Positions 1 to 9,921 of a stretch of DNA of 64,000 nucleotides are shown one piece after another. Source of the stretch: Bacteroidales bacterium (GTDB lineage: Bacteria; Bacteroidota; Bacteroidia; Bacteroidales; JAAYUG01); the NCBI GenBank assembly GCA_046329925.1, contig JAXLTS010000010.1, forward strand, positions 51,836 to 115,835, in the 5' to 3' direction. The position numbers and the translations under genes are program-made. The notes beneath the pieces were generated by a model. It was not told the origin of the DNA. It did not search any database and saw only the letters and a list, made by a program, of their open reading frames with translations. The stretch's first letter is position 1. The number at the start of each line of letters is the position of its first letter.

Positions 1-1722
1 CAGTCCGGTGAATATTCGGACTTGCCGGGAAGACGAAACGGAGGTTGTATTTTCAATGGTATTGCCCTGAAACCCATTTACCGCAAAGAGTTACTCAATA
101 CCAACCTGCTTGGAAAGGTTCCGAAAAAGAAACCAAAGAAACTAAGCCTCGCACTGGGAAAAGTCCCCCAGTCAGTCGGCGAACCTAATGAAATAAATGT
201 ACTGATCCTCAAACGCAGAAATATAGTGGGGATGGTGCAGTTCCATCATCTGCCCGACACACTCTTCCAATACAGCACAAAACTGCCCTATCTGCCGCAG
301 GTTCCGCTAAAGCTATGTGCCTGCTATGCTCCTCCGCCTGAAATAAAAAAAAGCAGCAACCTTTTTTATTACCCGGTAAATGAAACCATCGTTGATAGTT
401 CCGAACTTCGTAAACTTAAGGATTTTCTAAGAAAACAAGGGATCCGGATTACCCGTATGAGCATCCGCTCGTATGCCAGCATTGAAGGGAATTTTGGGAT
501 CAATGACCGGCTTTATAAGGAGCGGGCAAGAATAATACACGACTCGCTGAGGGACTTAATTCCTCCAGGAGTGCCTGTTACAGAATCAGCCGGGGAGAAC
601 TGGGGAAAATTCAGGGAACAGGTACGGGTGCCACGCTATGCCTATCTTGCCAAACTGGATACCCTTTCAGTGAGGCAAATTATGAATGATAGTGCAACTT
701 CCGGGTTGAAACCCCTGCTCGATGCACAGCGGTACTCGCAGGTGGAGGTTGAATATGAAGTGGTAATCCGACCGGAGGACATACTGGGAAAAGCAATTAC
801 TGAGTACAGAACAAGCCGGGCAGATTTCAAGGCCAGGTGGGAAAAATCAGGACGTACTTTACAGGCAGATGCCACTACCCGGAAAAAACTCGATCAGCTG
901 CTCGACTATTTTATGCAATGCATTCTGGATAGTTCTGCCGGCGACCAGCTTCTGGATACCCTTTCACTCCTGCTTATTGATGACCCTGCCATTTTCCAGC
1001 GCGATCCCCTGGCTGACCTGTATGCAAAAAAAATCGCTTTCGATTTCTGCAAACGTCCCTGGCTGGTTGATGAAAATTACCGGTACCAGGCATACAGGTT
1101 TTTATCGAAACGCACCCTCCCCCCGGATCCTGCTGCTGAATACAACTACCAGGCATATCTGATCAATCATTACGAAGATCCATTATATCCAGGCTTTGAC
1201 GATGTGGGCGATTTAAAGGTCCTTTCTTCAGTACTTAATACCTCCGCAAAGATCATTGATCCAAAAGTACTCGATGAGATGAGTCTGTTTTACCATTTTG
1301 CACGTGCCCGTAACATTGCCGCAGGTGAACCAGAGAAATACCCCGATGCAAACTCATCACTTATATGGATTCGTGACTACTTCAACAGGAACGAATGCAG
1401 TAATGACTTCCGTGTTAAACTGGCTCTTTTCATGCTTACTTTTCAGAAGTATGATTTAGCCAATAGCCTGCTGGAACCAATTATCAGCCTCCCTGCCCGC
1501 GACAAACAAGGGTATATACTTTGGCTGAAAATTTATTATGCCACCACAGGGATCGAGGACCTTGCATACAGTGATTACCAACCCTTATTTGAGGCGGCTG
1601 AATGGCTCGCTCCTCAGGAGTTTTGCAGCCTATTTGAAACCCACGATCGTATCAACTTTCAACTGCTGAACTACGAACCGCTTCGAAACTTATATTGCCG
1701 AATGAAATTGAAAACAAATTAG
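1..1722 (+). CDS. hypothetical protein with OmpA-like segment (5' partial, frame open to window edge)
   Basis: Frame 1 has no stop from nt 1, and the listed start at 22 is TTG. Residues ~115-185 (SELRKLKDFL...IRSYASIEGNFGINDRLYKERARIIHDSL) fit the OmpA C-terminal pattern. The rest is helical and I recognise no family. Confidence 0.6.
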   Translation, partial: QSGEYSDLPGRRNGGCIFNGIALKPIYRKELLNTNLLGKVPKKKPKKLSLALGKVPQSVGEPNEINVLILKRRNIVGMVQFHHLPDTLFQYSTKLPYLPQVPLKLCACYAPPPEIKKSSNLFYYPVNETIVDSSELRKLKDFLRKQGIRITRMSIRSYASIEGNFGINDRLYKERARIIHDSLRDLIPPGVPVTESAGENWGKFREQVRVPRYAYLAKLDTLSVRQIMNDSATSGLKPLLDAQRYSQVEVEYEVVIRPEDILGKAITEYRTSRADFKARWEKSGRTLQADATTRKKLDQLLDYFMQCILDSSAGDQLLDTLSLLLIDDPAIFQRDPLADLYAKKIAFDFCKRPWLVDENYRYQAYRFLSKRTLPPDPAAEYNYQAYLINHYEDPLYPGFDDVGDLKVLSSVLNTSAKIIDPKVLDEMSLFYHFARARNIAAGEPEKYPDANSSLIWIRDYFNRNECSNDFRVKLALFMLTFQKYDLANSLLEPIISLPARDKQGYILWLKIYYATTGIEDLAYSDYQPLFEAAEWLAPQEFCSLFETHDRINFQLLNYEPLRNLYCRMKLKTN

Positions 1723-2561
1723 TGTTGAAGTTTCGCATTAATCAATTCCTCGGATCTGCTCCAGAGTTTCTCAAGATTTTCCACCCGGTATGTCTCCAGC
1801 CTTGACCGGACAGGCTTCCTGCTGGTGAAATACAATCCACTGTACTGAGCTGCCTCCTCGGATACTGCCAGCCAGATAGCTGTATCAGCACCCTTTTCGG
1901 CGCTTCGCATGGTCCATTCGAGTTTTTTTGCCCAGAATCCGATAACGCCCGCGCTGTTCTTGCCAAAGGAGGTGTTCACTCCTCCGGGATGCACTGCATT
2001 TACTTTCACGTTTGTTCCCTGCAGCCGGTCAGCCAGCGCATAGGTGTACATGATGTTCATCATTTTGGAATTGCAGTACGCCTGCAATCCATTGTACTTT
2101 TTCTTCATCTGCAGGTCATCCCATTCCAGTTTCCCCAGCCATTGTGCCATCGAGGCAATATTCACCATCCTGCCGTCGGGCGATTTCTTCAGCAGGTCCA
2201 CCAGGGCATTCCCCAATTGGAAATAAGCCAGGTGGTTTGTGGCGAAGGTACGTTCATAGCCGTCAACCGTCTCCTCCCGACTGCTGTTGATAGCACCTGC
2301 ATTGTTCACCAGTACATCCAGGCTGCTGAGCCTCTTTTTTATTTCTTCTCCCAGGCGCTGAACTTCTTTCACGGATGACAAATCGGCCAGCATCAGTTCA
2401 ACTTTGCCTTCCGGAAATCGTTCCTTCAATTCCTTCAACGTTGCCTGTCCTTTTTCGGCACTGCGGCAGACGATGATCAGTTCATATCCTTTCTCCATCA
2501 GGGCATTGGCAGTGATCTTTCCCATTCCCGAATTGGCTCCTGTAACGACAGCTGTTTTCAT
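1719..2561 (-). CDS. short-chain dehydrogenase/reductase (SDR) family oxidoreductase
   Basis: 280 aa. It has the TGANSGMG Rossmann motif, NNAG, and the catalytic YxxxK as YCNSK. Its stop overlaps the stop of the convergent ORF by 4 nt. Confidence 0.9.
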   Translation of the reverse strand: MKTAVVTGANSGMGKITANALMEKGYELIIVCRSAEKGQATLKELKERFPEGKVELMLADLSSVKEVQRLGEEIKKRLSSLDVLVNNAGAINSSREETVDGYERTFATNHLAYFQLGNALVDLLKKSPDGRMVNIASMAQWLGKLEWDDLQMKKKYNGLQAYCNSKMMNIMYTYALADRLQGTNVKVNAVHPGGVNTSFGKNSAGVIGFWAKKLEWTMRSAEKGADTAIWLAVSEEAAQYSGLYFTSRKPVRSRLETYRVENLEKLWSRSEELINAKLQH

Positions 2562-2722
2562 GTACTAAAAAATTTTATTGCAGGAATGATTCCTGCATGT
2601 GATAAAAATCTATTTTTACGAATAGCTCCTGTTCCCGTTTGAAAGCGATAAGGTCCTCACAAATTCCCGGGAAAACTCTCCTGTTGCAAAAATACGGAAT
2701 GACCATCACATATTTCACTTAA

Positions 2723-3769
2723 ATGTTCATGAACACAGTAAACAAAGGATGGCTGATGCTGATCGCCGCCTTTCCCGGGAGCCTGGCAGCCCAGCTCCCT
2801 GAAGGGATTGAAATTGCGAACTGGTATGGATTCAAAAAAGCAGCCATAACCTACACCTTCGACGACCTTACTCCCAAACAGCTCCCGGTGGCGGTACCCC
2901 TGTTTGAAAAGTATGGCTTCACCGCTACCCTGTACCCGGTGGTGAACTGGAATCCCGACTGGAAAGCTTTACAGGAGGTTGCTGACAAAGGATTTGAAAT
3001 TGGAAGTCACAGTTTAAGTCATCCCAACCTCGCCTCGCTGCCTGTGGCAGAGCAGGAACGAGAACTCACCGGCTCACGCGATTCCATCGATGCCCATCTC
3101 CGGAATCACAAATGCCTGAGTGTGGCGTACCCCTATTGCGTTACGGGGGATATTTCGATTGCCATAAAGAACTATTTTGCAGCACGTATCTGCAGCAACC
3201 AGGTCGAACCGGCCACTCCGGGAGATTTTTACCGCATCAGTTCCATCATCGTCGGATCGGAATGGCCCGTGAACAATGCAGCCGAACTGAACAAGAAGGT
3301 GATGGAAGCGGAAGCAACCGGCGGATGGTGCGTCTTCCTGCTACATGGTATCGATGACGATGGCGGGTATTCCGCGTTCTCATCAGATGAACTCCGGAAA
3401 CATTTTGATTATATCAAAGCAAATCCGGAAGAATTCTGGGTGGTTCCTTTTTCTGATGCAGTTAAATACATCCGGGAGCGGAACAGCCTGAAAGTGACTA
3501 TTAAACAGCAATCCAGGCGTAGAATACGACTGGACATAAAAGATACATTGAGCAATTCAATATATAACCAGGCAGTAACGATGCGCGTATGTATACCTGC
3601 CAATTGGGACAGAGTATCCATCTGGCAAAACGGAAAAGAGATCACTACTTTCCAGCCAAAACAAGAAGCAGAAAAGAAAGTAATTTTCAACATGGTACCC
3701 GATGAGGGAGAAGTATCGATCATCCGGATAAAAACCAGAAAGGCTGCCACCACTGGCTCAACTCAATAG
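2723..3769 (+). CDS. polysaccharide deacetylase (NodB homology) family protein, exported
   Basis: 348 aa with a signal peptide (LIAAFPGSLAAQ), NodB-type motifs TFDD and HSLSHPNL, and a beta-rich C-terminal extension. Confidence 0.8.
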   Translation: MFMNTVNKGWLMLIAAFPGSLAAQLPEGIEIANWYGFKKAAITYTFDDLTPKQLPVAVPLFEKYGFTATLYPVVNWNPDWKALQEVADKGFEIGSHSLSHPNLASLPVAEQERELTGSRDSIDAHLRNHKCLSVAYPYCVTGDISIAIKNYFAARICSNQVEPATPGDFYRISSIIVGSEWPVNNAAELNKKVMEAEATGGWCVFLLHGIDDDGGYSAFSSDELRKHFDYIKANPEEFWVVPFSDAVKYIRERNSLKVTIKQQSRRRIRLDIKDTLSNSIYNQAVTMRVCIPANWDRVSIWQNGKEITTFQPKQEAEKKVIFNMVPDEGEVSIIRIKTRKAATTGSTQ

Positions 3770-3834
3770 ATTACCAAGGCGTTTGCAGAATTAATCCGGT
3801 CGGTGAAAAGTACCGGCATGATCGAAACCCGCAA

Positions 3835-5694
3835 TCAATTCATTGCCTTTTCAGCAGATCCTGCTTTTATTATCGGATACAGATGTCCACTCCCATTCCC
3901 CGGTGGAAAGGTCTTCGTACAAATTCTATTGGCAAAAAGTGTCGCTCTTGCCTTCAGCAGGATTTTATATCCTTTCTCATAATAACAGGTTTCGCTGCCG
4001 GAAGCGATAAATGAACTATTTCTGCAGGAAAACATCGCATGCGATGGTTTCATGGTGGTATAGCAGAAAAATCCCAGGATGGTTGTTTTAGCGTTGTTTC
4101 TGCTGTCCACCAGGATCCCGTTTCGTTCGGTTTTCAAGCCCAGGATCCAAAGATCTGCTCCATCATTCAGGATATGCGTCCCCGAATTCTCAACATTCAA
4201 TTGCCGGGCCCATACGTTCCCGCCATGGAACTCAAAATGAGATCCCGGGTTGGAACAGACATTCTCAAGAAAAAGATCGCCTGATCCCTCATTTTTCATC
4301 ACAGAAACATTGCATGCACTTTTTACAACCAATGTCCTCCGGGAATTGTGGATGATAAAAAATCCCGGTTCATACCCGCTTGTAATACGTTCGATCAGAA
4401 CAAGCGGAGATTGTCCCTCGTCAATAATAAATCCACCGTTCCTGCCATTCAGCAGGCATGCCTCCAGGCCGATGATCCGTTTGATTTTCCCACGCACATG
4501 GATTCGTTCTCCCAGTTGATAAGTCCCCCGGGGAAAACAGATTACAGAAGCATTGCTGTCGATCAGTTCCTGAATGATCCTGCTGTCGTCCATCCCGTTT
4601 GAAGGAGGGACAAGGAGCCACCGGTCCTCAGCATCGGATTTGTATTCAGGTGTTTCCGGTATCTCCATTGCAACACTGCCAACCTGCTCCCCCTGCAAAT
4701 CAGCATGGGAAGACCATTCCCCGATCCGGTGCAGATCGCTTCCTTTGCGGGTGCCTGTCAGGTTCTCAACCAGGGAGGAAAATCCTGTTCCTGAAATATC
4801 CGTAAGGTACATACCTCCCCTGTTCACAATAGCTGCACCCGAACCTGCTTCGCCACAAAGGGATGCATGGTTCAGAACGACCATTCCCCTCTCACCTGCA
4901 TTATGAATGACCAGTGCTTTCCCCCTGCTTTGGAGATCCCGGATCGAAATAAGCTGACCTTCGTTGTGGATGCCACAAATGAGCTGGTTATCGAGCCGGA
5001 TATGTTCGAAAGTTTGACTGTTCTGACCCGAACCAGTCTTAATACCTGTTTCAAATCCGGAAATGGAGACATTTTTGACCAGGAGAGGCCCGTTTTCATT
5101 TACATAGGAAAGATCCAGCCCGGTTTTCCCTCTGCCATCACCCGACTGTATATGAACATAGAAAACACCGCCCTGGTTATTGGCCATGAACCGCATCCCG
5201 ATTGCACCAGGATTTCCAAATCCCGAATGTACAGTCAGGTCCCGGATCGTATTCCTGAATTGCTGTGCAGGATCTGTACCCGTCCATATCATCTCCTTCG
5301 GGTGATCCGGATCGGAAAACCCGGGGCAGGAATCACAGAGCCGGATTACCGTTTCATTTACGCCATCCCCCTCCAGGATGACATTTCCGTAACTGCCCAG
5401 CTCATACCCGGGCCATTGGAGGGTGGTTTTGATCAGGTAGGTACCTTTGGGAAGATAGATAACCGCCATCCCGTTCGGATAATCCTGCAGGGCCCTGTTT
5501 ATAGCCGGCGCTGCATCGGTCACACCGGTATTGTCTGCAAAATAAGGCTCACCGGCTGCATTGATGATTCCACATCCTTCCGGATATTTTTGAGCATTCA
5601 GTAGTCCCGCGGGCAGGAATGCGAAAACAAGCATCCACGCCTTCAAATGGATGAATCGTTCAATACCTGCACGTATCCTTTGAAAATCATACAT
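3835..5694 (-). CDS. exported right-handed beta-helix protein, GH55-like (two pectate_lyase_3-type halves)
   Basis: I moved the start to Met9 (MYDFQR), ahead of the signal-like AWMLVFAFLPAGLLNAQ. Two halves each open with DNTGVTDAAPAINRALQ...IYLPKGTY or DDSRIIQELIDSNASVICFPRGTY. The family call is by pattern only. Confidence 0.6.
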   Translation of the reverse strand: MYDFQRIRAGIERFIHLKAWMLVFAFLPAGLLNAQKYPEGCGIINAAGEPYFADNTGVTDAAPAINRALQDYPNGMAVIYLPKGTYLIKTTLQWPGYELGSYGNVILEGDGVNETVIRLCDSCPGFSDPDHPKEMIWTGTDPAQQFRNTIRDLTVHSGFGNPGAIGMRFMANNQGGVFYVHIQSGDGRGKTGLDLSYVNENGPLLVKNVSISGFETGIKTGSGQNSQTFEHIRLDNQLICGIHNEGQLISIRDLQSRGKALVIHNAGERGMVVLNHASLCGEAGSGAAIVNRGGMYLTDISGTGFSSLVENLTGTRKGSDLHRIGEWSSHADLQGEQVGSVAMEIPETPEYKSDAEDRWLLVPPSNGMDDSRIIQELIDSNASVICFPRGTYQLGERIHVRGKIKRIIGLEACLLNGRNGGFIIDEGQSPLVLIERITSGYEPGFFIIHNSRRTLVVKSACNVSVMKNEGSGDLFLENVCSNPGSHFEFHGGNVWARQLNVENSGTHILNDGADLWILGLKTERNGILVDSRNNAKTTILGFFCYTTMKPSHAMFSCRNSSFIASGSETCYYEKGYKILLKARATLFANRICTKTFPPGNGSGHLYPIIKAGSAEKAMN

Positions 5695-6715
5695 TTTTCG
5701 CAGCCGAAACAAAGGCATTCAATTGAGTAGTGGTAACTCCAGGGGGCATGCCTCCACCGCAGGAAAGAATGATATGTTTCCGGTCGCTCAGCGAATGGAC
5801 CAGATCGTGCACCGATTTCCTGATCTCCTCTTCTGTGCCGCTTGCGAGAACATCCCGTGGAGGGATATTCCCCAGCATGCTAATTCGATGGTGTGTGCGT
5901 TCCTTCAACTCATTCAGCGAAGGATCGAAGGCCATGTTGAACAGGTTGATACCCATCTCCTCCAGCTCATCGATGGAAGATTCCCACTGGGCATCGTTGT
6001 GCAGGAATTTTACAGAAACATCGCGACTGAACAACTCCTTAAAATAGGGCAATCCGAATTCCCGGAACTGCTCATTGCCGATAAAACCGATAAGATCGTC
6101 CAACACCAGGATCCCGTCAATCGTTGGGATTACAGCTTTCTGCAGATCGTGCCATTCCTTTAGAAAATCGGTGATAATCCGGATGAGCCGGTGTGTTCGT
6201 TCCGGTTCCATCATCATGGTCATGAGGAATTCCGTGGTTCCCATCAGGTGGGCAGCAATGTTGAGCGGGCCGCGGGAAACGGAAAAACGGATCCTGTACC
6301 CGGCTGCCTCGATTTTCGGACGATTCAGCACCAGCCGGTTCAGCATGAAAGGAAGGAGACCATCCGTTGCCGGGTTCGGTTTCTGCAGGGTATCGATCTC
6401 TTCAGGTGAACGGATCACCGGGAAGGCATGGGGAAACTCATTCATCGGGAAGCGGCAGGAGGCGCCAAAAGCCGAGGGTTCCGTGCACATCCCGTATTCC
6501 GACCAGAAGCCGGGAAGGAATATACAGTCCGGGAACTGTTCATGAGCCCGCAGGTTGGTTTCGAGCCACAAGGCATCATTCGAAAAATAATCCACCATGG
6601 AAATCCCGGCCCAACCGGGTACCCATGGACAATCGATGATAAAACCCACGGGAAGGGGATTTAATTGCTCTCCCCGGATTACAGCCAGTAACTGCTGCCA
6701 GTGCTGATCTCTCAT
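5687..6715 (-). CDS. uroporphyrinogen decarboxylase (URO-D/MtaA-CmuA-like) family protein
   Basis: 342 aa with no signal peptide. The length and the C-terminal ILSCGGGMPPGV motif are typical of the URO-D family. Its stop overlaps the start region of the downstream gene. Confidence 0.7.
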   Translation of the reverse strand: MRDQHWQQLLAVIRGEQLNPLPVGFIIDCPWVPGWAGISMVDYFSNDALWLETNLRAHEQFPDCIFLPGFWSEYGMCTEPSAFGASCRFPMNEFPHAFPVIRSPEEIDTLQKPNPATDGLLPFMLNRLVLNRPKIEAAGYRIRFSVSRGPLNIAAHLMGTTEFLMTMMMEPERTHRLIRIITDFLKEWHDLQKAVIPTIDGILVLDDLIGFIGNEQFREFGLPYFKELFSRDVSVKFLHNDAQWESSIDELEEMGINLFNMAFDPSLNELKERTHHRISMLGNIPPRDVLASGTEEEIRKSVHDLVHSLSDRKHIILSCGGGMPPGVTTTQLNAFVSAAKNV

Positions 6716-6812
6716 TTCTTTCTTTTTGGTGCGTTTTATTATATAAAGTGATTCGTGAGCCCATCCACCGAACCTTGCTCCCGGTGACCATCAGGAAAAT
6801 GAACCTGCGGAT

Positions 6813-7640
6813 TTATTTGTTCACAGGTTTCTTTCCAGGATACACGGGGCTGCACCAGGATTCTGCAGGACTGTACCTGCTCTCCAGGGCCCACAGGATG
6901 CCACGTTTCATCAGGAGGAAGGCCTCAGGAACCTTGAAATCTGCAGCCACATGACCCAGGGAAGAATAGAACACCCTTCCTTTTCCATATTGCTTTTTCC
7001 ATGCCACCGGCATCACGCAACCCTCGATCCATGCGGCATAATCGCCATGGAAAGTGGTGGTGGCGAGCACCTTCACATTCGGATCCACGTGCATGTAGTA
7101 CTGTTCCGAATGCATCCTGAAATCGTTCAGCCCGGCGGTTACAGGGTCCCTGTGATCGGTGATATTCACCTCGTAATCGATTACACCTCCCGGGTGGGCC
7201 ACCCATTGCCCCCCTACCATGAACTGGTATTCGGTATTATTCCGGAAAGAATCTCCCAGTCCCCCGTGCCAGCCAGCGATCCCAACCCCGCTTTTCACCG
7301 CATCGAGGAGTCCTTTCTCCTGGTCCGCAGTGATCTGCCCCATGGTATAAACCTGGATCACCAGGTCCAGGGAATCCATGAGGGCCTTGTCAGTGTAGCT
7401 ATCCAGTGAATCAGAAACAAGGACCTCGTGACCGCACTCCTTCAGCCAGGGACTGAAGAGTTGGACACATTGCCGGGGTTCATGACCGTCCCAGCCCCCC
7501 TGCACCAGGAGGATTTTCCTCCGGGTACTTCCTCCCGTACCGGGGTTTCCGAGAACAGAAGGGGTTACCAGCAGGGCAGCGGATGCGAGGCCTGCATCGG
7601 CCAGGAAACGACGACGGGTGGATCGTGGAATTGCCATCAT
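6813..7640 (-). CDS. ThuA domain-containing protein, TAT-exported
   Basis: 275 aa with a twin-arginine signal ([18 protein letters not shown]) and a ThuA-like core ([30 protein letters not shown]). Confidence 0.8.
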   Translation of the reverse strand: MMAIPRSTRRRFLADAGLASAALLVTPSVLGNPGTGGSTRRKILLVQGGWDGHEPRQCVQLFSPWLKECGHEVLVSDSLDSYTDKALMDSLDLVIQVYTMGQITADQEKGLLDAVKSGVGIAGWHGGLGDSFRNNTEYQFMVGGQWVAHPGGVIDYEVNITDHRDPVTAGLNDFRMHSEQYYMHVDPNVKVLATTTFHGDYAAWIEGCVMPVAWKKQYGKGRVFYSSLGHVAADFKVPEAFLLMKRGILWALESRYSPAESWCSPVYPGKKPVNK

Positions 7641-7790
7641 GAAGAGTTTTTTTCAAAGATAAAAAAGGTTTAAGAGAATCCGTTGATCCATGCAGGATGA
7701 TCACCTGGCGAAAAAACTGCCGGGACATCCGGTCCTCAGCTGTTTGATTTTCCTTGAAAAAACCCTTACTTTGATCCTGAATTTCTTGCC

Positions 7791-8369
7791 ATGTCCCGTT
7801 ACTTTCTGCTGTTCGCCATCAGCCTGGTTTTATTTTCGTGTACAAGCCGCAACCCGGTGGTTTATATTGAAACAACTGCCGGTAGGATCGATGTTGAGTT
7901 GAATGCCGGTGCAGCTCCTGTTACGGTTGAAAATTTCCTAAAGTACATAAGAACCGGCCGCTACAACGGCGCCCATTTTTACCGGGTGGTACGCCCGGAC
8001 AACCAGCCTGACAAAAAAATTAAGATCGAGGTAATCCAGGGAGGTCTTCAACTGGATGAATACATCGATACCATCCCCGGTATCCGGCACGAGGATACAA
8101 AAACCACTGGTCTCAAACACCTCGACGGAACGCTCTCGATGGCACGTGACACGGTTGGCTCCGCTTCGACAGAATTTTTCATCTGCATCGGCGACCAACC
8201 CGAACTGGATTTCGGTGGAAAACGGAATCCCGATGGGCAGGGCTTCGCAGCTTTCGGCAGGGTGACGGGCGGGATGGATGTGGTGCGGCGCATCCAGCAG
8301 ATGCCGGCCGATTCAAATCAACGCCTTCTTGAACCCGTCCGGATCATTCGCATGACGGAACAACGTTGA
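7791..8369 (+). CDS. peptidyl-prolyl cis-trans isomerase, cyclophilin type, exported
   Basis: 192 aa with an N-terminal signal (LVLFSC) and cyclophilin motifs HFYRV, GTLSMAR, EFFICIG and AFGRV. Confidence 0.9.
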   Translation: MSRYFLLFAISLVLFSCTSRNPVVYIETTAGRIDVELNAGAAPVTVENFLKYIRTGRYNGAHFYRVVRPDNQPDKKIKIEVIQGGLQLDEYIDTIPGIRHEDTKTTGLKHLDGTLSMARDTVGSASTEFFICIGDQPELDFGGKRNPDGQGFAAFGRVTGGMDVVRRIQQMPADSNQRLLEPVRIIRMTEQR

Positions 8370-8405
8370 CAAACGGATGACTCAATACGTAAACTGATAA
8401 GAAAG

Positions 8406-9899
8406 ATGCAATCCATTCACCAATCCCCACTCCGGCTCCTTTTTACATTCCTGGTGCTGGCAGTATGCTTCAACACACTAGTAGCCCAGCAGAAAAGTAC
8501 GAAGCGCGGTCTTGCGTACGGATCCCTCACCGAAAAGGATCTCAAGGCTCTCCAGCCTGGCGTTTCCTGGTGGTACAACTGGTCGCACCAGCCGGAACCC
8601 TATGTGATCAATACCTATCAGAATTACGGATTTGAATTCGTTCCCATGGCCTGGAACGGGGGATACAACAAAACAGCCCTGAAGACTTATCTTGCCGGGC
8701 ACCCCGACGCCCGGTACATCCTTGGCTGGAACGAACCCAACTTTATTACACAGGCCAACATGACCCCCAGCCAGGCAGCTGCCGGCTGGAAAGACCTGGA
8801 AGCGATTGCGGATTCTTTTAACCTTAAAATAGTAGGACCTGCTGTAAACTATTGTGACAAATGCGTGGTGGAGGGCGATACGATCACCGACCCGGTTGCC
8901 TACCTGGATTCCTTCTTTATTAAATGTCCCGGGTGCCGTGTCGACTATATCGCCGTTCACAACTACATGGGAAATGTAAGCGCCCTCCAGTGGTACATCG
9001 GGCTGTTCAAAAAGTACGGAAAGCCTATCTGGCTCACGGAATTTGCCAGTTGGGAATCTACCCCGACGGTCGCCATGGAGAAATCCTATCTCATCGGTGC
9101 AGTAGACTACCTTGAGTCCGACACCGCAGTGTTCCGGTACGCCTGGTTTACGGGCAGATCCACTCAAGCGCCTGCGATTTCACTTCTTTCCTCCAGCGGA
9201 GTTCTCACAGATCTCGGGAAAACCTACATCACGATGCCGGTGCACGACACATCTGTATACACGCCCGTACCAGCCCGGATCGAGGCGGAAACTTATTCGT
9301 CCATGAAAGGGATCCTGCTCGAAGCGACTTCTGACACCTCCGGCTTTGCCAATGTGGGCTACATCGATGCGAACGACTGGCTCGAATACAACCTGGACGT
9401 TCCCTGCGATACCACCTTCCAGTTGGAAATCCGCTATGCCGGGACCTCTACCGGAAGCCTAGACCTGCTCGTGAACGGTAACCGGGTTAGCAATCAAAGC
9501 CTGGCCTCAACTGGCGGATGGCAGAATTGGAAATCCCTGAAAAGCACACTGGACCTGAAGTCCGGGAAGAACAAACTGCGCCTGCTGGCCAAACGATCCG
9601 GCTTCAACCTGAACTGGTTCCGCCTGTACTATTCCTCTTCAAACCTGGCCGGCGAGACTGGCCGATCATCCTTGCGTGTCTTCCCAAACCCGGCTTTTTC
9701 GAAGATCCGGATTGAAGGAATGGAAGCTTCCGATCGTTGTGAATTCTATGATCTCCCCGGGCACAGGCTGAACCTGCAGGTATCCGGCAACGAGGTGGAT
9801 CTTTCCTCCCTGGCCCCCGGGATCATCCTGCTTCGCGTGGCCCGCAGGGACGGTTCCGTGCAGAGCCTGGTGGTCCGGAAAGTTCAGGACGCTGAATAA
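8406..9899 (+). CDS. glycoside hydrolase (Glyco_hydro_cc-type core) with CBM6-like module and T9SS C-terminal sorting domain
   Basis: Signal peptide. The catalytic-type glutamate motifs are GWNEPNF and WLTEFA. The CBM6/35-like segment is ARIEAETYSSM...GYIDANDWLEYNL. The CTD reads VFPNPA...GIILLRV. Confidence 0.8.
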   Translation: MQSIHQSPLRLLFTFLVLAVCFNTLVAQQKSTKRGLAYGSLTEKDLKALQPGVSWWYNWSHQPEPYVINTYQNYGFEFVPMAWNGGYNKTALKTYLAGHPDARYILGWNEPNFITQANMTPSQAAAGWKDLEAIADSFNLKIVGPAVNYCDKCVVEGDTITDPVAYLDSFFIKCPGCRVDYIAVHNYMGNVSALQWYIGLFKKYGKPIWLTEFASWESTPTVAMEKSYLIGAVDYLESDTAVFRYAWFTGRSTQAPAISLLSSSGVLTDLGKTYITMPVHDTSVYTPVPARIEAETYSSMKGILLEATSDTSGFANVGYIDANDWLEYNLDVPCDTTFQLEIRYAGTSTGSLDLLVNGNRVSNQSLASTGGWQNWKSLKSTLDLKSGKNKLRLLAKRSGFNLNWFRLYYSSSNLAGETGRSSLRVFPNPAFSKIRIEGMEASDRCEFYDLPGHRLNLQVSGNEVDLSSLAPGIILLRVARRDGSVQSLVVRKVQDAE

Positions 9900-9921
9900 T
9901 CTCCGCAGGTAAGAACCCGCT

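Noticed and set aside
4867-5604. Long antisense ORFs inside strong genes. Examples are 4867-5604, 8478-9167, 13068-13685, 33557-33976, 34658-35104, 45734-46297, 49945-50454 and 56321-56797.
   Set aside because: They are shadow frames opposite CDS with clear family motifs. Their translations are low-complexity or Arg/Pro/Ser-rich and carry no recognisable motifs.
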